From the NCBI GenBank assembly GCA_010015805.1, contig ML978121.1, positions 992,001-1,056,000 on the forward strand: a stretch of DNA of 64,000 nt, in the 5' to 3' direction. The notes beneath the pieces are model-generated. The model was given only the letters and a program-made list of their open reading frames with translations, made no database searches and had not been told where the DNA came from. Below, piece after piece: positions 27,210-37,737 of this stretch. The position numbers were made by a program, and so were the translations under genes. Every line of letters begins with the position of its first letter. Position 1 is the first letter of the stretch. This DNA comes from Rhizodiscina lignyota (lineage: Eukaryota).

Positions 27210-27917
27210 ATGAGACTTCGTCATATTAGCTTGCCCGGTCTTGTATCTTACAGTCATGCTGCTGATATTCAACAACGCATCGTCCGTACTTTCCTCTCAC
27301 ACAAGGCAAATCCATCAACCAAAGCACCAGATCCAGTCATTATCACAGCACAATTCAACCCTGTCTACACATGTGGGCGTAGAGAAATCGGCACAGTAAC
27401 TGCCGAACAGCAAGACTTTCTCCGTGCTGGTGGGAAAGCAGAATTCTTCGAGGCGCTGCGTGGCGGACAAACCACTTTCCACGGCCCTGGGCAGCTCGTA
27501 GCATATCCAATAGTCGACTTGAGGCGCCATGGTTTGACGCCTCGAACTTACGTATGTCTTCTCGAGAAGACACTGATTGCCACATGTGCACGTTACGACA
27601 TCAAGGCTATGACGACCGAGAATACCGGCGTATGGACGACGCCTGAGAAGAAGATTGCGGCCATTGGAGTGCACCTGCGTCGCAACATTACTAGTCATGG
27701 CATTGGCCTTAACGTCAATACGGATCTATGGTGGTTCAACCGAATCGTGGCATGTGGTCTGGAAGGCAAGAAGACAACGACGTTCGCTGAGGAAGGCGTC
27801 GAGGGCAAGAGCGTAGAAGAAGTGGGCAGAGTATTTACAGAGGAGCTTGCCGGCAGGATCGATGCAGTTGAAAGCCCCTATATCTCTGAGCAGGAGATTC
27901 TATCCGACTCAATTTAA
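27210..27917 (+). CDS. LIP2: Lipoyl(octanoyl) transferase LipB/Lip2
   Basis: PVYTCGRR, RGGQTTFHGPGQLVAYPI, TGVW, KIAAIGVH, SHGIGLNV, IVACG. First ATG 27210. Confidence 0.93.
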   Translation: MRLRHISLPGLVSYSHAADIQQRIVRTFLSHKANPSTKAPDPVIITAQFNPVYTCGRREIGTVTAEQQDFLRAGGKAEFFEALRGGQTTFHGPGQLVAYPIVDLRRHGLTPRTYVCLLEKTLIATCARYDIKAMTTENTGVWTTPEKKIAAIGVHLRRNITSHGIGLNVNTDLWWFNRIVACGLEGKKTTTFAEEGVEGKSVEEVGRVFTEELAGRIDAVESPYISEQEILSDSI

Positions 27918-27946
27918 ACAAGAGTCGTGTGCCGTTGACCGCGTAC

Positions 27947-29316
27947 ATGGCGTTTCCACATGTATTCCTTTTCCTATTCATCATGGGCGCATCCATTTGC
28001 AAAGTGTCTTGCGTCTCAGAAACGGATGACGAGGAATCACTGCCAGATCCCAGGTCCTCTGATGGGCGTTGGAATTTCATATGGCCAGGAATTGGTGGTG
28101 TGATCCTTTTTGGTAAGATGTCCTTTCTCGTCATCTCCATCACCGAAAGCTTTTCTCAAGTTAACTCCAGTGTAGGGATTATCGTATTTTGTGTCCTCAT
28201 GATTCTTCTATATCGATGCTACGCAGGAAGATACTATAATCGTGAACCCCGGGCTCGGCCTTGGCTTGACGGTGCGAACGACGATCCTGTTATATCAAAG
28301 CGACGTAGATGTTGTTTCATTTTCTCGAGATCAAAGCCGAGAGGGGATCAGCCTTGGGTCGATGGTGTGGGCGAAAATCCTATTGTATCACGGCGACACA
28401 AATGGAGTTTGATCTTCTCCAGACTAAGGTCAAGAGGCGTGATGCCGGACATGGAGTCCAATGCGTCCAGCCCAGCCATCGAACCAAACCCGGTTATACA
28501 TCCAGAGCAACCTACGGGGCACGAATCCATTGGAATTACAAATGTGGTATGTCTCGATTGCGGATAGGATGAATATCTCAGGCTGATTGAGTGCCATCGT
28601 AGCTAGCTGCCAATGTAGACGATGCACCAGCTTGTCCGGCATCAAGCTCTACATCATATTCACGCCACCCGAGCCTTGAATCTTTCATCAACTACTTTCG
28701 CCAAATAGGCCCTCCGGAGGCAACCCCGATGCCTAACGGCTGTCCAGTTTCCAGCAGCCCTACAGTGCCCCCGCCGATAGGCTCGCCGAGTCGCCTACCA
28801 TGGCTCAGCATTCTTGCCGTACCTCCTCGACAAAGCTCAGAATCAGAGACAAGTAATCGCGCAGTCTTCGTTCCGTCTACTCGCACTGCATCAATGAAAC
28901 CTTTATCTTCGGTTTCGGAGTCGTTGAGGGACCGAGCAAGACCGTACGCGCTGAGCACGGATACGTCGGCAGATGGGGCGGGTTCAGATGGAGCAGCAGA
29001 CAGTACAGCATCTCCTTCTGGACCTAAGCCAGGGATAGCATCACCATTGCCTGATGGGTCAAGCTTTAAGGGAGAAGACCGTACTGGTGCAGCTGCTGAA
29101 CATGACGAGTTACTCACGTATCCAAAGCTGCAAATGCAAGAGTCGGAACTAACGTCTGAGAGAGACATGGCAGCTCAGACTTGCTTATCGACTGCGCACA
29201 AGAGGAAGGTTAGTGAGCGAGGGACGCCGGACATAGAGTTAGACCGCGGCCTCAGTCGTGCATCGGCCATGGGCTCGAAGAGGATGCGCAAAAGAGACAA
29301 AGTAGATGGTGAATAG
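27947..29316 (+). CDS. Orphan single-pass membrane protein
   Basis: ATG 27947 with signal-like N-terminus. Candidate in-frame intron 28113-28175 yields one clean TM helix. Phase-0 intron 28547-28602 (GTATGT..GCTGAT..TAG) joins an open frame running to 29316. Confidence 0.55.
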
Positions 29317-30288
29317 GAGATGTACTTCAATCATTGAAGATGTGAATGAAGCACAATGGAGCGAAGAGCGTGTCGGTGAAAGCACGCAGCAGTGAGATTG
29401 GCAGAGATTTTTGCAGAGTCCTGCCTTGTTAGCTATGAGGCCAGTGAGATTAATGGAGCGTCACCTTGGGATCAATCCCGTAGATGCGAGCGCATAGTTG
29501 AACAGTTTTAAGTCGTATTCATTTCAGTATTCTCAAATGCCTTCACCAATCCTTTCCGCCCTTCGAGAAAGCTTCCTATCGCGAACCACAAAAAGCGCCA
29601 CAGCAACCAATCAAGCAGTCCGACCACCTAGACTGTGAGACCCAAATCCAGGTCTGCAGAAAGGAAAAATAACATCGAGCGAACGTGGTACTTAAAACAG
29701 GCTAAGATGATTCGTATATATGTACAAAGATTGTGGACGAAGTGGAAGCGAACGAAAAGCAAGTAGGTATCGGAAACCAAAGTGCGCCCCGGAATGCCGC
29801 TCGTTGATGACAGCCGTAAACGAATTCAGGAGAGAACAAAGGAAAGCTGGTCGGTCGGTCGGTTGCCCTCTACAGGCAACATTGGGTGTGGAGAAGGAGT
29901 CGCAAGGTGAGTTCATAAGCGACTTATCAGAGGGTGGAAGGTGCACGCGCGTGTGCCATCCGGGCCATATTCGCGGCTGCTACAGAGCAGAGCTATGCGG
30001 CAGCGTCGACTGTCGTCTTGGCCAATATAGGGTCGGATCGTTCAGGGCGCGATTAGGACGCCGCATCGTTTTCGTCTCTTCATTGTGCCTGCAAGATCCT
30101 AATCACCGCGTAGGAATCCAAAGGCATTATTGAATGATGGCTAGGAAGGGATGCAGCCGAATCATCCAATACAGCAACGTTCTCTTTCCAATGCGTGACG
30201 ACGTGTCTCGTCTCAAGGAGGGTAGCACCTCCTGCGCTTCGCCCATCCAACTGGTGGATTCCGTCTATTCATCTCGTTCAAAGACCCT

Positions 30289-32642
30289 TCACCGCTCAAC
30301 CTTCTGCCATCCGTTCAGATACGCCATCAGCGCCACTCCAGCAAATACCACGCCAAGAATACTCGCGTACGGTCCAACTTGCGCCAACTGCTCTCCCCGC
30401 CGCTGCCTTGTTGCCAACGCCTGGTTGACAGCCTCTTCCAATTGCTTGACCTGCTCCGGCGTGACGGGTCTTCCGTTCTGAAGGCCGGCCTTCTTGAAAA
30501 GCTTCGCCACCTCCTCATCTCCTTCCTTCTCACCCTTGATGGCAGTATCAGCTTGTGATTCGGCGGCGCCGTCGACTGTCGCAGAGGAGTCCTGATCGAA
30601 TGTGGATGCAGACCGAGATCGTCGTCCACGGGAAGCAGCACGGGCCGCAATGCGTTTCTCTTCATCTTGCCGAACCTTCTCTATCATTTCAGCTAGGGTC
30701 TTCCTGTCGCGCGTTGAAGCTTCTTCAGCCTTCTCCGCCCGAGTGCGATATTTTTCCATCTGGCTCTTCATTTCGGTCATCTCGCCCAACACTTGGTCCA
30801 GTCTTTGCTGCAATGTCGTCGACTGATCTTCGGACGCCGTTGTACTCTGAGCCGAACTATCGAGCGCCTTCTCCCCATCGGCGACAAGCTCAGATGTACT
30901 TGGAACAATTGAGCCATTCATTTCAATCTCTCTATGTTCCTCGATCTCTGGCGGCGCGGGCTTGTCGTCCTTGTGCTCCATTTCCAAGCGTTGTGCGCGT
31001 TCCTCCGCACTTTCTCTTGCTTGCCGTTCCTGCGCGAGCATATCCTCCACCTCTTTCAGTTTTGCGTTGTGGGCTTCCAGCTCTTTCTTAGCTGCGTTCA
31101 GCGCCTCCACCAATTGTGTGATTTGCAATTGATCTCCAACGCCCACCCCACTCGCGCTTTTGCCCGGAGAGCTTATGCTTGAGGTGAGTTTTGGCCTTTC
31201 GGTATCGCTTCGACGGAGGAAGGGTTGCATGATGGCGTCCATTCCAGAGCGCGCTATGTCAGGCTTCTCAGGGAGAGGTTGCTGAGGGGGTGGTGCCGGT
31301 GGGTCTGAGAAGCGAGCCTTGAGGTCTTTGATGGGAGACGGTTTAACTGCAGGCGCTGGCGGCTTATCTTTCTTCGTGTCGGAAGTGAGAAGAGACTCGA
31401 TGTAAGCGTTCGTGCGTTGGAGGTCTTGTGTTTGTTGTCGAGCCATCTTGAATTCGGTCTTCAATTACGTGAGCTCATCGTGTCTCTCTTTGCGCGGATG
31501 TGCGAAGGACTTACGTTGATCTTCTTGACTACCTGGTCCATAGTGATCGTCTGCAACCACATCGGCTGTCGCTGTTGGCTCAAACCCATCATTGCCCCTC
31601 CTGGCATACCATTAACACCACCCATTCGCGCTGCGCTGCCAATTGAACCCTGACTGCCTGCGCGTCCGCGCATAGGACCAAGGTCCTGCCCGCCAAGCAG
31701 CCCATTGGCAGCCGCAGCGTCAAGGTCGCCAAAATTAAGGTCCATGAGGTTTGGTCCGTTTGTATAGAAGCCCGCGAGCTCGACTTTGGCGGCTACCTTG
31801 TGGTGTACAACAGTCTTCTGATCCTCACTGACAATGTCGATGCCCAGCTCAAGAACATCTTGCTCTCTGAGTTCGTGAGGATCGCTGTCTTTGTTTTCCG
31901 CTGAAAGACGTTGGCCGTTGACGAAAGTGCCATTTGAGGATTTGACATCCCTTATCCAGATTTTCCCATTCCGATCGGCCCACGTTTCCGCGTGTTGTCT
32001 TGATAGCACTTTCGAATCGAAATAGCCATTGTTTGGTTGCGGCTGTGTCTTGTTGTTCGTTTGGCGGCCAATGCGGAGCGTCTCTGGATAATAAGGAACC
32101 GTGATCTGTTTTCGCTCAAATGTTCCGTTCATCGGTGAAAGCCACAGCATTGCTGAGGGTTCGTTCTGATTTGGAGTTCTGACCACGCCATTCGTCTGCG
32201 CTTGCGGCATAGCGCCATTTTGTGAAGGAAGCATTGATGATGGTGTGTGTAACGCGGTCATCGCAGAGGTGGCTGACGGCCCAGTTGTCGAGGCTATTGA
32301 TTGCGGTCGTGCAGTAGATATGCCTGATATAGGCTCGGCCTTCGAAGCAGGCCAGAGGCTTCTTGCTGGACGTTTTTTGGTACCCCAGTCGGACGCGTTA
32401 TTTGGCGAAACGCCGTTCACGTGTGCTGAGGACGCGGATATGGTAGACGTCGAAGAGCTCGACGAGGCCTGTGACGATAGCGATGAAGATGAGTTTGATC
32501 GTTGAGCCGTTTTCCGCGGCATGACCATCTTCGAGAACTCGTCGGGGCTCATCGAACTGATGCCGTTCGTGGCAGCACCATTAGTCCATCCTGCACGCGA
32601 CGCGCCGGGCTGGAAGTTTGGCGGAGGAGCGACTGCTGTCAT
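30289..32642 (-). CDS. VPS64: FHA-domain, coiled-coil, tail-anchored STRIPAK subunit (Far9/Vps64/SLMAP; PRO45/HAM-4-like)
   Basis: FHA motifs LRIGRQTN, FDSKVLSRQHA, DVKSSNGTFVNG; one intron about 31513-31460; coiled coils; C-terminal TM YASILGVVFAGVALMAYLNGW. Confidence 0.88.
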
Positions 32643-33288
32643 CTGCGGCAACTGTAGAGCCTCTGGAGGCAGCGTCGAGGAGGTCGAGTTGGTGTCCAGC
32701 GGGTGGAGGAAGGAGCGAGAGTCGGTAGGGCTCCGCTTCCCGCCCTCTTATAAGTCGCCGGTGGAAGGAGGAGACAACGAGCACCGCCTGTGCAGCAGCA
32801 ACAAAGAACGCAAGCAATTGTCTGCCGCTCCTCTCATCGGATATCGCTCGAGAGTCTGGCTATGCGTGCCGCAACGGCGCCGTTGTGTCGTGTGCGTTGT
32901 GGCCCGTGTCAGCGGTTGCGAACGTCGACGCTTCAGGCAAGGCGTGGCATGTGAGTGAAGGAGCGACGGGTATCAGGGATGGCGGAGGGCGAAGTAGAGA
33001 CGACGTGCTCGGTCTGGAGGGCGTATAAGGCGTCGGTTCAGGGCGTTTTGGTGGATGGTTGACGGGTTGACGTTCAAGAATGAGGTGCCCAGGGCAATCC
33101 TTTTCTCGGTTAGGTCCACGTTTAAGGTTCGCCGTTCCGCCGCTTTGGAGCACGTGACTGGTGGTGGAGCTTTGACGACTTCGTTCAATCTCGTCCGTTC
33201 TGGGGTTGAGCTGGAGGTGAGCGACTATTCCATTTTCCAAGCGTACAACTTCCTGGAAATTAACTAGCATCTTTCCACGGTATCCAAG

Positions 33289-33801
33289 ATGCCCGCTGTT
33301 CCCTCTGGCGCCGGTGGCATGACCGGCCCTTCCACCTTCGACAAGCGTATGTGTGCCCAAGCTCCAATTCGAGTATATCTACTAACTATGGCCAGTTAAA
33401 ATGGGCGCAATGATGGGCGGATGTAAGCATGGCCAGCAATCGCCCCAATATCTCTTCCATTGACTTATTCCTTTCCCTAGCCGTCGGATTGATCATTGGC
33501 TTCATCTTTGGTGCCACCAACATCATACGATTCGGCCCTGGACCAAATGGCATAATGAGGACACTTGGGCAATACATGGCGGGCTCAGCAGCAACGTTTG
33601 GGTATGCTATGTCGTTTCATGGATTGAAAGAGCAACGCTCGCTAATTGTTTTCTGCCAACAGATTTTTCATGGCGATAGGAACCACCATAAGAACGGACA
33701 GCGAACGCGCAGCAATCGAAGCCTTTGCGCAGGCAAGACGAAGGCCAATTGTCATGCCACCACAGTACAGACGATATCGCAGTGAAGAGGAGCAGAGATA
33801 A
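33289..33801 (+). CDS. MGR2: Mitochondrial TIM23-associated protein Mgr2 (Romo1 family), 4 exons
   Basis: Spliced GPSTFDKLKMGAMMGG, VGLIIGFIFG, MRTLGQYMAGSAATFG, FFMAIGTTIR. Confidence 0.9.
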
Positions 33802-34784
33802 CGGTTGCGGAGTGCACGCGAACGACTTGTAGGATGTACTATATGGGGGGGCATGTGCTTGTAGGAAGCCTAGAGCGGGCGTGGACAAATATCTGGATGA
33901 GGACAGACAATGCCTGCAGGTGGAGCGAGAGGTTGGTTGTCAATCATAGCAGCATAGCCGGCGTCACGACTCGATTCTTTTGACATGTATATATGTCCTT
34001 TGGTGGGTATGGAAACGACCGTTTCTGTTCAATGACTCTCTTACTCAAGTCATTAACTCCAAAACTACTTTCCTGAATCATTGGTTTGATGATCAAACAT
34101 ACTTTGCTACACTTGTTCATTGAATAGCGGCACCAATGGGAGCAAGTTGTGCAGCTCAAGGGCCTGCATACCTCAAGACATCATACACTGTTCTGGATAT
34201 AACCAAGAAAAGTTTAAGCATAGATTCGGTTCAAGGGGAAGGGAAAGGGATAAGAGAAAGAGACCAGCAGATTCTTGTCTGGAGCAGAATCGCTCGTCCT
34301 CAAATCAAGACCCTCGGGTGCTGTTAACAGAAAGGCACAGTGAAAGAGAGAGGACACTGAGCTTAATGTTCCATGGACCAGCCTGATAGTTCCGGCTCAC
34401 AACACGTCTCCTATCTACAGTAACATTCAGGAACCGCAGAATCACATCTTTGGCAGGTCTCGATCCCCGAAACTTTGAATCTGTTTGAAAGGGGCGTCTC
34501 CAACTCCGTTCTCCGTCGTGTGTTAGGGACTGCTAGCGGCTGAGGGTACCTTCGGCTCCCGTTCCTTCCAGTTCATTCACAGTTCTACGGCACGTGCCCC
34601 TCCTGGGTTTATCCGTTCCCGCTTTTTGAACATAAATATCGCGTCTGTGTGATGTTGTTTTTCTTTCAACTCTTCATCACCGCACGCGTCAGAACACCAC
34701 TCTGCAAAATTTTCCCACAACCCACACGCGAATACAATCTCGCAAAGCTCGTTGTCTTTTCACGTCCAGCTCAGCCAAACTATC

Positions 34785-35558
34785 ATGGCGGGATATCTCA
34801 ACCACACTGAGGGCTTCAACCAGCTTCTCAAGGACGTGCACGACAGTGTCAAGGAAGATGTCAAGAAGGAAATCCACCATGATGTCAAGAAGTACATCAA
34901 GAAGGAGGCGAGGGTCAAAGTGATGCAAAGCTCCGAAGATATGGCTTACAAACTTGGTCAGGATATGGACGTCATTGTCAAGGACCTCAAGAACGACGTG
35001 GACCTGAAGCTCACGGTAGCCAAGGTCGACATGGGTGTGAGAACACTGCAGAAGCTCGACGCCCTCAACAAGGAGAACGCCGAGCTGAAGAAGCAGCTTG
35101 ACATCCTCATTCAACTCCACAACGACGCACTTCCACCTCACGCTCAAGACGAGCAGGACGAGCCCATGTCATCCCGGCCAAAGATCCGCGTCACGTTCGA
35201 CGACGCAAGAGACTACCACGACGACTGGAAGCGCGACGGTTGCAAGCCCACGCTCACGAACTTCGCGGCGGAGAAGCTCCTGGCAGGCATCCCGCCGTCG
35301 GGCTGGCGCCTGACGACGCTGGAAGAAGACGACGCCCAGTACGCCAGGTTCCTGGAAACACAGAAGTCGGTGAAGGCCGCCCTGATCGCGGCCCGCAAGG
35401 CCAGGCTGGCTGCAGAGGCAAGCAAGCCCAAGCGCGGGGCGAAGCGCGCTGCAGGCGGCCCATCCTTGGGCGAAGAGACGGAGGCGGGCGGCAAGAAGGC
35501 GAGCAAGCGACCAAGGGGCCTCGAAGAGGCGGGCGATGACGGCGACGAGGTACCGTAA
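34785..35558 (+). CDS. Hypothetical coiled-coil protein (orphan)
   Basis: 257-aa ORF from ATG 34785 with strong GC3 codon bias, TATA-like CATAAATA at 34631 and a pyrimidine-rich leader. A possible terminal intron from 35550 would change the C-terminus. Confidence 0.65.
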   Translation: MAGYLNHTEGFNQLLKDVHDSVKEDVKKEIHHDVKKYIKKEARVKVMQSSEDMAYKLGQDMDVIVKDLKNDVDLKLTVAKVDMGVRTLQKLDALNKENAELKKQLDILIQLHNDALPPHAQDEQDEPMSSRPKIRVTFDDARDYHDDWKRDGCKPTLTNFAAEKLLAGIPPSGWRLTTLEEDDAQYARFLETQKSVKAALIAARKARLAAEASKPKRGAKRAAGGPSLGEETEAGGKKASKRPRGLEEAGDDGDEVP

Positions 35559-35940
35559 CTATCTACTATCCCAGCTGACTGAACTGTCTTTTATTAACGT
35601 CAGTCAGGCGGGCGACCAGAACTGATCGCGGTCCAACCGCGGACTCCGGCGGAGTCAACGACCGAGGGAGCGCTTGCAAAGCGACTGTCTAGATTGGTTC
35701 TCTGGTGGCGAGCACGAGGGGGGCAGAAGCCTTTTCGGACCTTGGTGATGACGAGGTTGGTGGAGGTGGAGGTGGCGGTTGAAAACAAACGGCGTTGATT
35801 TGGGACAACCAAAGCAATGGTGTGAATTAGTGTTTTTTGTTTTTGTTTTTTTAGTAATCTTACTAGTGTATCCTATACACTACGGGGTATGAGCATGCAA
35901 TATCAATTTCAAGTCAATGCAAATTCGTAGCTTCGTGACC

Positions 35941-36811
35941 TTAACGACCCATCTCAATATCTGGCCGACGCTCTCTTCGGCTACCACCTGAGAACCAACC
36001 ACCACCGCTCCTCTTACTCTGCTGACGATCAGGAGCGGGTCCACCGCCCCGTTCTGGTCTCGCGGCGGAAGGTGTAGGCCTAGCAACACCACTCTCTTGG
36101 ACATCCAGGGGATAGACTTCCTGATCATCCATATCCTCCAGCACCGTTGCAGGCGGCGGACTCTCATATCGCATGCCACTAGCTCTCTTCTCCCTACGAA
36201 CCCTCGCCTCCTTCTCCGACAGCTCCTTCGGCTTGTACCGCTTGTCGAGCAGCTTCTCGAGCTCCCGCACATTTCGGCTGTTCGCCTTGAATGCCGCATC
36301 CAGGAGATCTCCCAGGAATGGCACCAGGCCGACCACAAAGTCCAGCGCGATGTTCAGCAGCATCATGACGTGTACCGAGAGTGGCAGACCTCCAGTGACT
36401 TTTGTGCAGGCGTAGTAGACCCAGAGAAAGGCTATGGCACCGTCGGCGCCGTCGCCCGCAAAGGGGAAGAGTCCGATGACGCTGCTCCAGCCGAAGCGCT
36501 GGCCCAGGAAGTTGAAGAGCGAGCAGTCGAGCATGTAGGCGCGCTTGCGGACTTTGGCGAGGATCATGGCGTCGTTGTCGGGCAGGTAGTCGGGGATCTG
36601 CTTCTTGACCTTCTTCTTCTTGCCCGGGCGGCGCGGATCTTCGATGTAGGTGTAGTATGGGTCCTGAAGATGGTGAGTTAGTATGAGAAGACATTCAATT
36701 CGAGCCTTGAAAAAGACTCACATATTGACCACCGGGCTCTCTGCTCTGGTGCTTCTTGAGCTCGCTCGAGAGCAGCTTCTTTGCTGCGTACTTGCCGACA
36801 GCCTGTGCCAT
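35941..36811 (-). CDS. DUF4112 family membrane protein
   Basis: Exon 1 MAQAVGKYAAKKLL, intron, DPYY...KVRKRAYMLD, RFGWSSVIGLFPFAGD, MLLNIALDFVVGLVPFLGDLLDAAFKANSRN. Confidence 0.85.
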
Positions 36812-37737
36812 GCTGACGATATGAGGGAATTATAATTAAGCGGTGTGGATGGAAAGTGAGAATGGGGATGCTGCCAGCGGTCACTCGCACGCAGCGACGG
36901 TTTATATGCAGCTCGGTGCAGAACAAAGCTCTGGAATGGTGGAATGTGCTGGCGGCAGAGTGGGTCGCAGATCAAACACGTCTGGGGCCTATGAATAGGT
37001 GCGGCGCGCCAAACAGTGTGGGCGCGAGCGGCAGCAGTGGATGGGACGTTCCTGGCAGAGTTTCGAATGGCGCTGGGCAAGTGAGGTTTATATGGGCACA
37101 AGACCCATGAACCTGCCTGCCACCAAGTTTCCAGTCTTGGTGATGCCACAATGCGCTAAGAAGGCATCGACAAGCTGCACCTCAAAAGCAGGGCGGTCCG
37201 ATAAACGTCACTGCACCGCCTCACTGCAGATGCAAGTCGCGAGCCGAGATTTCCTAGGATGATTATATTGTCGCGCGTGCCTGGTTGGCATTCAGTCTCA
37301 TGTTCCCAATTGGCCAACACCTAAAACCGAAGTGGCAGAGTCAGACCCCGTAAGGCTTAGCGTGGACGGCCAGCGTCGACATTGTTGTCTCCCCGTCGAC
37401 GCCTAGAGCTGTCTCGGCACAACATCGGCAAACAGCGATCAACAAATGTGGCGCACACGGCTTGAGCTCCAGAGCATCAACACTTTACTCCCACCCACAC
37501 TCCACTTCCACTTCTTCCCCCAACACCTCTCGCATCGCGCACTCACCTACCTTGTTCATCTGCTGATTGCCCCTGACGCTTTTCGAACGCGCGTTTTCCG
37601 CTCTGCGGCTGTACAGCTTAGCTAGAAAGCTCCCACTCATTCGCACAGACTGACGCGCTGTTTCCACCTGCAAGACAGCAGAACAACAATACCGCCACCC
37701 CGTAGCTCTCGGACGGCCTTTGTGGCTTCCAGAGAGC

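Noticed and set aside
35575..35870. Hairpin CTGACTGA..TCAGTCAG plus downstream CTAGT as a Helitron end
   Set aside because: Hairpin is over 250 bp from the CTAG; better explained by intron signals and 3' UTR sequence.
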